Below are positions 10,912 to 19,047 of a stretch of 35,767 nt of DNA, in pieces. Location of the stretch: assembly GCA_036275935.1 (NCBI GenBank), contig DASUCS010000112.1:1-35767 (forward strand), written 5' to 3'. The position numbers and the translations under genes are program-made. The stretch comes from Acidimicrobiales bacterium. GTDB taxonomy: Bacteria > Actinomycetota > Acidimicrobiia > Acidimicrobiales > JACDCH01. Position 1 is the stretch's first letter. Each line of letters starts with the position of its first letter. A model generated the notes under the pieces. That model was not told the origin of the DNA. It saw nothing but the letters and a program-made list of their open reading frames with translations, and searched no databases.

Positions 10912-13455
10912 TCAGTTCAAGATCGGCGCAACCGCCGAGAACCTTGAGTAGGCCGAATGGCTCTGCGGGTCCGGACGGTCGGTCGGGCGGCCGAAGTAGA
11001 AGCCCTGTGCGTAGTTGCAACCCAGCTCGGTGAGACGGCGGGCCTGACCCGCGTCCTCGACGCCTTCGGCGACGGTGTGCACACGCAGCACGTTGGCGAG
11101 GTGCAGGATCGCTTGCACGAAGCACGCACCTTCGACGTCCATCTCGATGTGGTCGATGAAGGACTTGTCGATCTTCAAGATGTCGACGGGGAACGTGCGC
11201 AGGTAGCTCAGTGACGAGTAACCCGTTCCGAAGTCGTCGATGGCGATGCGCACTCCGAGCTGCTTCAGCGAGTTGAGTTGGAACACTGCGAGCGTCGTGT
11301 CCTCGACCAACACGCTCTCGGTGATCTCGAGCGTGAGTCGTGTCGGATCGAGCTTCGTGCGGGCCAAGGTGTTCGCCACCATCTGTGCGAAGTCGGGATC
11401 GAACAGCTGACGGGCCGAGATGTTGACGCTCAGCCCGATGGGCCGTGGTCCTGTCCACGTGGTGGCCGCCGCGCACGCGTGCTCGAGCACCCAGTCACCG
11501 ATCGGCACGATGAGACCGGTGTCCTCGGCCAACGGAATGAATTCGAGCGGAGGCACGAGACCACGTGTCGGGTGCTCCCAGCGCAGGAGCGCCTCGAATG
11601 CGACTGTCCGCTTCGTGTCGAGCGCCACCACGGGCTGGAAGTGCAGGACGAGCTCGTTGCGCGCCAGCGCGTTGCGCAGCTCGCCCTCGAGCTCGAGACG
11701 AGCGAGCGCGGCGTCGTGCATCGTCGTCTCGAACACACGCCAGCTCGCAGGGCCGCTGGCCTTGGCGGCGTACATCGCCGCGTCCGCGTTGCGGATGAGC
11801 TCGTCCGCGGTCGCGGTGCCGTCGCGATGCGCCACGATGCCGACGCTGGCGCGCACGGCGACCTCCCGGCCCGAGACCGAGAACGGTGCTTCCAAGGCTG
11901 CGATGATCGTCGCGGCGAGATCGGTGGCATCGGACAGCTCGGCGATGTCCTCGACCAGCACGACGAACTCGTCGCCCCCGAGGCGAGCGGCAGTCGTTCC
12001 CGGGCCGAGGCAACCCGAGAGCCGGCCGGCGACTGCAACCAGCAGCTCGTCGCCGGTGCCATGGCCGAGGCTGTCGTTGATGGTCTTGAACCGGTCGAGG
12101 TCGAGCAGGAGGACTGCGAGCCCGTGGCCGTCCGGCCGGGTGAGCTGCAATGCGTGCTCGAGGCGGTCAGTGAACAGCGGGCGGTTCGCCAGTGAGGTGA
12201 GTGGATCGTGGAATGCCTGGTGGCGCAGCTGCTCTTCGAGCGCGTTCCGCTCTGTCACGTCGTTGATGTCGACGAGGACCGCATCGCGGCCAGCGAACAT
12301 CAATCGATGCGACGTGATCTCGACGTCGATGAGGCGTCCGTCCGCAAGGAGGTGCTGCCAGCGCCCTGACTGGTTCAGGCCGGGTTGCAGCTCGGCCACC
12401 GCGGCCAGGACCGAGTTGACGTCCGCGTCGGGACGGATGTCAGTGATGCGCTTCGCGAGGAACTCGTCGCGCGTGTAGCCGTAGTGACGAAGGGCAGAGT
12501 CGTTGACCTCGATGAAGTCGAGGGTCTGGACGTCGTACACCCACATCGGCCGCGGGTTCGACTCGAACAACATCCGGAAGCCGTTCTCGCTGGCGGCCAG
12601 TGCCTGCGCCGCGAGTCGCTCGTTCGTGACGTCGTGGATGTTGCACACGAACCCGCGCACGCTCGGCTCATGCAGGAGGTTGCGGATCGCGATCGAGCAC
12701 CACCGCCACGATCCATCCGCATGGCGCAAGCGCACGTGGACGCGGGTCGTCGCGTCCGGGTGCTCGCGCACCTCGGTGGTGACTTCGGCGAGCTCCTCGC
12801 GATCGTCGGGGTGGATTCGATCTGCGGCCGGTGTCCCGACGGTCTCGGACGGCCGGTAGCCGAGCACGTCGTAGAGGGGTGCGCTCTCGTAGGTGATGAC
12901 ACCCGCCTCGTCGACGACGGTGATGATGTCGGCGGCATTGGCCACGAGCGCTCGAAATCGCCGCTCGCGCGCGCGAATCGTCTGTTCACCGCGTCGAGCC
13001 TGCGATGACACCCATGCGACGACTTCACCCATGAGGATGGTCGTCGGGATGGCGTACGCGCCCGACGCGAGCGCCGACGCGTCCTCACCGCCGACGAGCA
13101 GCATCGGGGCGAAGTACGCGACCAGCAGCAACGGCGCGAACCGCAACGACATGCCCTGACGGTGACCGAGGCCGAGCCAGATGAAGATCACCATGTAGAA
13201 GAGGCCGTAGAGGAACCCGTCCGCGTGGGTCGCCATGTTGAAGCCGCAGACGACCGCGAGTGACAGCGGCATCAACCACAACGTCGCAGAGTGTCGCCAC
13301 TGGCTCCACGGCAGCAGTCCGATGACGACGCCACACACCAGCGCGGCGGCGGCCACGGCCTCCACCGCCCAACGGTTCGATCCCGGCGAGGTCGGGAGGG
13401 CTGCGGCTCCGATGGCCACGAGCGCGCCGCAGAGGAGGTAGAGCGCACTCGACAA
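10912..13455 (-). CDS. Membrane-anchored PAS-PAS-GGDEF-EAL protein (c-di-GMP synthase/phosphodiesterase)
   Basis: About 5 N-terminal TM helices and two PAS-like segments (FRALVANAADIITVVD..., FRMLFESNPRPMWVYD...). Intact GGDEF (ARLGGDEFVVLV, LDLDRFKTINDSLGHGTGD). Intact EAL signature set (FEALLRWEHP, VNISARQ, LEITES, DDFGTGYSSLSYL, LKIDKSF, AEGVED, QGFYFGRP). TTG start without a clear SD. Confidence 0.92.
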   Translation of the reverse strand: MSSALYLLCGALVAIGAAALPTSPGSNRWAVEAVAAAALVCGVVIGLLPWSQWRHSATLWLMPLSLAVVCGFNMATHADGFLYGLFYMVIFIWLGLGHRQGMSLRFAPLLLVAYFAPMLLVGGEDASALASGAYAIPTTILMGEVVAWVSSQARRGEQTIRARERRFRALVANAADIITVVDEAGVITYESAPLYDVLGYRPSETVGTPAADRIHPDDREELAEVTTEVREHPDATTRVHVRLRHADGSWRWCSIAIRNLLHEPSVRGFVCNIHDVTNERLAAQALAASENGFRMLFESNPRPMWVYDVQTLDFIEVNDSALRHYGYTRDEFLAKRITDIRPDADVNSVLAAVAELQPGLNQSGRWQHLLADGRLIDVEITSHRLMFAGRDAVLVDINDVTERNALEEQLRHQAFHDPLTSLANRPLFTDRLEHALQLTRPDGHGLAVLLLDLDRFKTINDSLGHGTGDELLVAVAGRLSGCLGPGTTAARLGGDEFVVLVEDIAELSDATDLAATIIAALEAPFSVSGREVAVRASVGIVAHRDGTATADELIRNADAAMYAAKASGPASWRVFETTMHDAALARLELEGELRNALARNELVLHFQPVVALDTKRTVAFEALLRWEHPTRGLVPPLEFIPLAEDTGLIVPIGDWVLEHACAAATTWTGPRPIGLSVNISARQLFDPDFAQMVANTLARTKLDPTRLTLEITESVLVEDTTLAVFQLNSLKQLGVRIAIDDFGTGYSSLSYLRTFPVDILKIDKSFIDHIEMDVEGACFVQAILHLANVLRVHTVAEGVEDAGQARRLTELGCNYAQGFYFGRPTDRPDPQSHSAYSRFSAVAPILN

Positions 13456-13514
13456 CCGGCCGAGCGACCGCGGCGAAAGAAAACCCTCGATCCTGCGTAG
13501 ATCGGCGGGACGGC

Positions 13515-14321
13515 GTGCGAATCAACCCTTACGGCCGGGTTCTCTGCGCTGACCTGGCAGTACTGTCGGCCTCGGTGCTACCTGGGGACCTCGAGCGCGA
13601 CGGTTTCGCCGTCATCCCTGATGTCCTGACCGGTGACGAGATCGCCGCGGTTCGCGGCGCCCTCGCCCCGGAGTTTGCGATGGGACTCCACGGGCGCAAT
13701 CCGTTCGAAGGCCATCAGACGCAGCGGGTCTACTGCCTCGTCGCGAAGTCGCGAGCCTTCGATCGCCTGATCCTCGATCCCGCGGTCCTCGACATCGCGG
13801 AGCAAGTGCTCGGTCCCAACTTCCTGCTCACGGCCACCCTGGCGATCAAGCTCGAGCCAGGGGAGACCGCGCAGGACTTCCACTGGGACGACATCTTCTA
13901 CAAGGTCCCGCGTCCCCGACCGGCGATCTCGTTGAGCACGCTGTGGGCGATCGACGACTTCACGGAGGAGAACGGGGCCACCCTCGTGTATCCGGGAAGC
14001 CACCTGTGGGGTGACGGCCCGCCGTCGTCCGTGCCCGAGGCCGTGGCGACGACGATGCGCGCCGGTTCGGTCCTCGTGTACTACGGCACGCTCGTGCACG
14101 CGGGCGGCGCCAACCGCTCGGACGGCGAACGCCTCGGCATCTCGCTGCAGTACGCCGCGGCCTGGGCGCGGCAGCAGGAGAATTTCATGATGGCCATCGG
14201 CGTCGACGGTGCCCGCGCGTTGCCACCGCGACTGCAGGAGCTGATCGGGTACTCCATCCACCCGCCGTTCATGGGCATGATCGACGGACGCCATCCGAAG
14301 AAGCTCTTGACTGACATATAG
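13515..14321 (+). CDS. Phytanoyl-CoA dioxygenase (PhyH) family Fe(II)/2-oxoglutarate oxygenase
   Basis: DGFAVIPDVLTGDEI N-terminal pattern, HxD facial-triad candidate (FHWDD), distal His and Arg (LVHAGGANRS). An alternative in-frame GTG start lies at 13575. Confidence 0.8.
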   Translation: MRINPYGRVLCADLAVLSASVLPGDLERDGFAVIPDVLTGDEIAAVRGALAPEFAMGLHGRNPFEGHQTQRVYCLVAKSRAFDRLILDPAVLDIAEQVLGPNFLLTATLAIKLEPGETAQDFHWDDIFYKVPRPRPAISLSTLWAIDDFTEENGATLVYPGSHLWGDGPPSSVPEAVATTMRAGSVLVYYGTLVHAGGANRSDGERLGISLQYAAAWARQQENFMMAIGVDGARALPPRLQELIGYSIHPPFMGMIDGRHPKKLLTDI

Positions 14322-14342
14322 TGCTATGACATATATATGTTC
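14307..14342 (+). promoter_or_regulatory. AT-rich sigma70-like promoter with two 9-bp direct repeats (putative operator), apparently driving a leaderless GGDEF-RHH transcript
   Basis: TTGACT (14307-14312), 17 nt spacer, CATATA (14330-14335), or TATATA with a 19 nt spacer. TGACATATA occurs at 14312-14320 and again at 14327-14335. The ATG at 14343 lies about 7-8 nt after the -10 element. The PhyH stop (14319-14321) lies inside the element. Confidence 0.45.
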
Positions 14343-14969
14343 ATGGCTACTACATCAAAGGTGGTAACGCGAGCTACGCCAGCGGAGTGGATCGAAACCC
14401 TCGATCGAGCGCTGCACCACGGGAACGTGCCGCTGGCGGCGTTGCTGACGGACCTCGACGGCTTCGCCGTCATCAACGATGCGTATGGGCACGAGGCGGG
14501 GGACAAGGTGCTCGCGGCGTGGGGGACGACCCTGACCAGCAACCTGCCGGCCGACGCGGTCGTCGTGCGGCTCGGCGGCGACGAGTACGGCGTCGCGTTG
14601 CCGGGATTCTCCGCGGAGAACGCGCTGATCGTGTTCGAGGAGATCCGCACGCACTTCGCAACCCATCCGGTGAACGGCATCGACGCCGAGCTCGACGCGT
14701 CTGCCGGGATTGCCGCCGCGCCTCCGCACGGCGCGACGGGCGAGGAGCTGCACCGGGCCGCCGGCGAGGCGTTGATGCGAGCCAAGCGCGAGGGCCGCGG
14801 TCGGGCGGCGATCTACGTCGAAGAGAAGATGACCCTCAAGAGCAACTACTACAGCCGCGCGAACCTCGACCGGCTGTCCAAGTTGTCGGGCGCCACGAGT
14901 CGTACCGAGGCCAGCCTGCTGCGGGAGGCGCTCGACGATCTCTTCCTCAAGTACCGCGACGCGCTGTAG
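14343..14969 (+). CDS. Sensor-less GGDEF-domain protein fused to a C-terminal ribbon-helix-helix-like DNA-binding domain
   Basis: GGDEF-domain hallmarks LLTDLDGFAVINDAYGHEAGDKVL and RLGGDEYGVAL (motif at 14574-14588), plus RAKREGRGR. The C-terminal about 45 aa (14826-14966), KMTLKSNYYSRANLDRLSKLSGATSRTEASLLREALDDLFLKY, fit a strand-helix-helix CopG/Arc pattern. An alternative ATG lies at 14337. Confidence 0.8.
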   Translation: MATTSKVVTRATPAEWIETLDRALHHGNVPLAALLTDLDGFAVINDAYGHEAGDKVLAAWGTTLTSNLPADAVVVRLGGDEYGVALPGFSAENALIVFEEIRTHFATHPVNGIDAELDASAGIAAAPPHGATGEELHRAAGEALMRAKREGRGRAAIYVEEKMTLKSNYYSRANLDRLSKLSGATSRTEASLLREALDDLFLKYRDAL

Positions 14970-15004
14970 ACGCTTAGCATCCGCCTCGACTTGAGGGGGA
15001 TGCC

Positions 15005-16240
15005 ATGGCCGAGTTGAAGGTCGAGATCGATCCGGCGGAGGCGGGCTTCGATGCCACACGGCTGGCGCGCATCGATGCACACTTCGCTCGTTACGTCGAC
15101 GACGGACTGTTGCCCGGCTGGCTGGTCGTCGTGGCTCGGGGCGGCGACGTCGTGCATCTGTCGACGTACGGCGACCGGGACAAGGAAGCCGGCCTTCCTG
15201 TCGAGCTCGACACCATCTTCCGCATGTACTCGATGACGAAGCCGGTCACGTCGGTGGCCGCGATGATGCTCTACGAGGAGGGTGGCTTCGAGCTGAAGGA
15301 TCCCGTCTCCCGCTACATCCCGTCGTTCGAGAGCGTGCGCGTGTACCGCGGCGGCTCCGCGCTCGCGCCGGTGACCGAACCGGTGACCGAACCGATGCGG
15401 GTGTGGCATCTGCTCTCGCACACGTCGGGCCTCACCTACGGCTTCCATCACGCCCATCCGGTCGACGCGATCTACCGCAACGGCGGGTACGAGTGGGGCT
15501 GGCGTCCGGACGACGACCTCGAGAAGGCGTGCGACACGTGGGCGACCTATCCGTTGCTGTTCCAGCCGGGAACCGAATGGAACTACGGCGTGAGCACCGA
15601 CGTGCTCGGCCGGGTGGTGGAGGTCGTGAGCGGCCAATCGCTCGACGAGTTCTTCCGCACGCGGATCTTCGAGCCGCTCGGGATGAGCGACACCGCGTTC
15701 TTCGCTCCGGAGTCGGATCATCACCGCCTCGCGGCGCTGTACTTCCCCGAGCCCGGCTCACGGCGTGCCGTGCGGCTCGACGCGATGGGTGACGCGGCGA
15801 AGACGAAGCCGACGTTGTTCTCCGGCGGGGGCGGTCTCGTCGGTACCGCCGCCGACTACCACCGGTTCGCCACGATGCTGCTGCACGAGGGCGAGCTCGA
15901 CGGCGTGCGTCTCCTGGGCTCGCGCACCGTCGAGTACATGACCCAGAACCACCTGCCGGGGGGAGCCGACCTCGAAGCGTTCGGTCGCCCGTTGTTCTCC
16001 GAGACGACGTTCGACGGTGTCGGTTTCGGGCTCGGTTTCTCGGTGCTCGACGACCCGGCGAAGGCGAAGGTGCTGTCGACGGCCGGCGAGTACGGCTGGG
16101 GCGGTGCGGCCAGCACCGCGTTCTGGGTGGATCCTGTCGAAGGCATCACCGCGCTGTTCCTGACGCAACTTCTGCCGTCGAGCACACATCCGATCCGTCC
16201 GCAGCTGAAGCAGCTCGTCTATCAAGCGCTGGTCGATTGA
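15005..16240 (+). CDS. Beta-lactamase-related serine hydrolase (class C / EstB-like esterase family)
   Basis: SxxK nucleophile motif (FRMYSMTKPVTS), a YGxS region and a C-terminal GWGG motif (GEYGWGGAAST). SD GAGGGGGA upstream. Confidence 0.88.
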   Translation: MAELKVEIDPAEAGFDATRLARIDAHFARYVDDGLLPGWLVVVARGGDVVHLSTYGDRDKEAGLPVELDTIFRMYSMTKPVTSVAAMMLYEEGGFELKDPVSRYIPSFESVRVYRGGSALAPVTEPVTEPMRVWHLLSHTSGLTYGFHHAHPVDAIYRNGGYEWGWRPDDDLEKACDTWATYPLLFQPGTEWNYGVSTDVLGRVVEVVSGQSLDEFFRTRIFEPLGMSDTAFFAPESDHHRLAALYFPEPGSRRAVRLDAMGDAAKTKPTLFSGGGGLVGTAADYHRFATMLLHEGELDGVRLLGSRTVEYMTQNHLPGGADLEAFGRPLFSETTFDGVGFGLGFSVLDDPAKAKVLSTAGEYGWGGAASTAFWVDPVEGITALFLTQLLPSSTHPIRPQLKQLVYQALVD

Positions 16241-16878
16241 AGGTCACGCTCACCTTCGACAACGGGCCGTGGCCCGGCGTCACGGAGCAGGTGCTCGACA
16301 CGCTCGCCGACCGCGGCCTGCGGTCGACGTTCTTCGTCGTCGGAACGCAGCTGGCGCGTCATCGAGCGCTGGCCGAGCGCGCCGCGGCCGAAGGGCACTG
16401 GATCGGCAACCACACGATGACCCATTCGGTGCCGCTCGGTGACGGCGCGGATCCGGTTGCGGAGATCGACGCCACGCAAGAGCTCATCGGCCCGCTCGGT
16501 CATCCGGCGCGATGGTTCCGTCCGTTCGGGCGCGGCGGTGTGCTCGACGAGCACCTCTTCAGCGCGACATCGGTCGCGCACCTCGAACGGTGTGGTTACA
16601 GCTGCGTGCTCTGGAACAGCGTGCCGCGTGACTGGGAGGACCCGGACGCGTGGATCGACATCGCGCTGGCCGACGTCGACTCCAACGAGTGGACCGTCGT
16701 GGTGTTGCACGACCTGCCGACAGGCGCGATGGATCGGCTGCCGCGGTTCATCGACGAGCTCGAGGCCCGCAGTGCGCACATCGTGCAGGACTTCCCCGGG
16801 GTCGTGGTGCCGATCCGAGACGGTCGCGTCGTGGGCGACCTCGCGGGGTTGGTCAGCCCTGCGGCATCTGCGACATGA
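16237..16878 (+). CDS. Polysaccharide deacetylase (CE4/NodB homology) family protein, no signal peptide
   Basis: MKVTLTFDNGPWPG (motif 1, with DN where DD is usual) and WIGNHTMTH (motif 2, HxxxH). The TTG start overlaps the upstream stop (TTGA). Confidence 0.82.
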   Translation: MKVTLTFDNGPWPGVTEQVLDTLADRGLRSTFFVVGTQLARHRALAERAAAEGHWIGNHTMTHSVPLGDGADPVAEIDATQELIGPLGHPARWFRPFGRGGVLDEHLFSATSVAHLERCGYSCVLWNSVPRDWEDPDAWIDIALADVDSNEWTVVVLHDLPTGAMDRLPRFIDELEARSAHIVQDFPGVVVPIRDGRVVGDLAGLVSPAASAT

Positions 16879-17239
16879 ACTGGTTCATGTCGAAGTAGTC
16901 ACGCCAGGCGGCAATCTTGTCGCCCTTCACCTCGAACGTGCCCATCACCGGAAGTTCGATCGTGTGCCCGGGCGTGATGAAGGCGTCGACACGTTCGGTC
17001 ATCACGACGTTGCCGTCCGCCGAGATGTTGAGAACACGGAACTCGATGGTGTCGACGCCGCCGGTGAATCCGGCGATGGTGGCGCGGATCGCCTCCTTGC
17101 CCGTCACCGGAGCGATCGGGATGTTGTGGTACACGGCGTCGTCGGTGAACGACTCGACGATCGCGTCGATGTCCCCCTTCTCCCACAACGCACAGAACTC
17201 GCGAACCACATCGATCGGTTGTGCCATGGGCGCGGACAC
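16853..17239 (-). CDS. Limonene-1,2-epoxide hydrolase family (NTF2/SnoaL-like fold) protein
   Basis: It aligns by eye with Rhodococcus LEH: DAVYHNIP (vs YQNMP), VMTERVDAF (vs YTERVD), DKIAAWRDYFDMNQF (vs GKITGWRDYFDLREF). The GTG start at 17239 shares one nucleotide with the upstream ABC TAG; an alternative ATG lies at 17227. Confidence 0.85.
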   Translation of the reverse strand: MSAPMAQPIDVVREFCALWEKGDIDAIVESFTDDAVYHNIPIAPVTGKEAIRATIAGFTGGVDTIEFRVLNISADGNVVMTERVDAFITPGHTIELPVMGTFEVKGDKIAAWRDYFDMNQFMSQMPQG

Positions 17240-19047
17240 TACCGGTAGGCCGCGGCTTGGATCCCGTAGAGCTCGGCGTACTGACCGCCACGACCGATGA
17301 GCTCGTCATGACTGCCGACCTCGACGACCTGCGAGCCGTCGAGCACGACGATCAGGTCCGCCATGCGCACGGTGCTGAAGCGGTGCGACACCAGGATGGT
17401 GATGCGGGTGTCGTCGTCGCCCCCACGCGCCCCCGACGCGTACCGCTCGAACAGCGCGTGCTCGGTCTCGGCGTCGAGCGCCGCGGTCGGTTCGTCGAGG
17501 GCAACGACGAGCGGCTCGTCGCGCATGAAGCCGCGGGCGAGGGCGAGCTTCTGCCACTGCCCGAACGACACCTCGACGCCATCCGGCCAGGTCGGACCGA
17601 GTTGGGTCTCCAACCCGGCCTCGAGCCGCTGCACGACGTCGTCGGCACCGGCACGGTCGACCGCTTCGACCACCGCGGGAACGTCGTCGAACCTCGGCAC
17701 GTCGCCGACGCCCACCGAGTGGCGGGCGCGGAACTCGAAACGGAAGAAGTCCTGGAACGCCCCTGACAGACGGCTGCGCCACTCGACGGCAGGCATGCGA
17801 GTGAGGGGTTGACCGTCGACGTAGATCGCGCCGCTGGTCGGCTCGTACAACTTCGCCAGAAGCTTCACGAGCGTCGTCTTGCCTGCGCCGTTCTCACCGA
17901 CGATGGCGACGACACTGCCGGCCGGGAATTCGACCGACACGTCGTCGAGCACGAGCCGGTCGGTGCCCGGATACGCGAACGACACGTGATCGAACGTGAT
18001 GCCGTCGTGCAGGGTCTCGGGTACCTCGAGGTCTTCGTGGGCGACGATCGATGCTGCGTAGTCCTCGAGCCACGCGAGCCGCCGGGAGCCGTCGACCCAG
18101 ATGCCGCGTAGGAAGCCGATCTCACCGACAGTTGCGCCGATGTACTGCGACAGGCGCGAGCCGGCGGCGAGCACCAGCAGAACGTCACCGACCGGCGCAT
18201 CGAGTCCGCTCGACACGAACACGATCGCACCGACGTAGGCGAGGCCGAACACCGACCATGCCAGCGCATGCCACACCGCACTCACGGCCCGGGCATGTCC
18301 CATGCCTTCGTACCAACGCTCCCACGCGTCGCGCCGATCGGTCGTGAGGCGCGGCCCGATCCCCGTGACCCGGACTTCCTTCCCGGCCGGTGCGGTCGTC
18401 GCGGTGGTGAAGAGGTGCTGGGACAGCCGCTTCGCGGGTGCGCCCTTCTCCTCGACGTCACGCTCGACTCCCGGACGCCACGAGGAGGTCAACACCGTCG
18501 GCAACGCAAACGCAGCGAGCAGGACGAGGGCGGGATGGATCGATGCCAACAAGAGCACGGTGACGCCGAGCCTCAAGATCCATCCGGCAGTCGAGAAGAC
18601 CGACATGTACATGTGGTCGAGCACGAAGATCTGGTTCCGGAGCACCGACAGCCGGTCGAGGTACTCGGGGCGCTCCTGGTGCGCAATGGTCGACACGGAC
18701 GCCTGCAACCTCGCGACGTGGGACTCGAGGGCGATCGTCACCTTGTCGCGGAAGCGACGTTGCACGCGGGTGGACACGGTGGCGAGAAACCACGTCAATG
18801 TTGCCGACAGCGCGATGCCCATCGCCGCGACCTGCACCTTCCCGCGATCGCCGGCGACGACGCCGTCACCGAGCATCTTGAACCACACTGCGAGCAGCGC
18901 GTCCGGGAGTGCGGCGAGCAGCGCGAGCACGAACGCGACGAGCATCAGTGCGGGCTCGTGCTGGTAGCCGAGCTTGCACAACCGCCACATCGACTTCAGT
19001 GCAGGCGGCAGCTCCTCGTCGGTCGACGGCGCGTCAAGCGAGGACAT
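17239..19047 (-). CDS. ABC exporter half-transporter (TMD-NBD fusion), subunit with a degenerate signature motif
   Basis: Six-TM exporter domain followed by an NBD. Walker A GENGAGKTT and Walker B VVALDEPTAALD are present, and the H-loop is SHRF. The signature reads VSFGQWQKLA instead of LSGGQ. SD GGAGGAG upstream. It overlaps the upstream gene by 14 nt. Confidence 0.9.
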   Translation of the reverse strand: MSSLDAPSTDEELPPALKSMWRLCKLGYQHEPALMLVAFVLALLAALPDALLAVWFKMLGDGVVAGDRGKVQVAAMGIALSATLTWFLATVSTRVQRRFRDKVTIALESHVARLQASVSTIAHQERPEYLDRLSVLRNQIFVLDHMYMSVFSTAGWILRLGVTVLLLASIHPALVLLAAFALPTVLTSSWRPGVERDVEEKGAPAKRLSQHLFTTATTAPAGKEVRVTGIGPRLTTDRRDAWERWYEGMGHARAVSAVWHALAWSVFGLAYVGAIVFVSSGLDAPVGDVLLVLAAGSRLSQYIGATVGEIGFLRGIWVDGSRRLAWLEDYAASIVAHEDLEVPETLHDGITFDHVSFAYPGTDRLVLDDVSVEFPAGSVVAIVGENGAGKTTLVKLLAKLYEPTSGAIYVDGQPLTRMPAVEWRSRLSGAFQDFFRFEFRARHSVGVGDVPRFDDVPAVVEAVDRAGADDVVQRLEAGLETQLGPTWPDGVEVSFGQWQKLALARGFMRDEPLVVALDEPTAALDAETEHALFERYASGARGGDDDTRITILVSHRFSTVRMADLIVVLDGSQVVEVGSHDELIGRGGQYAELYGIQAAAYR

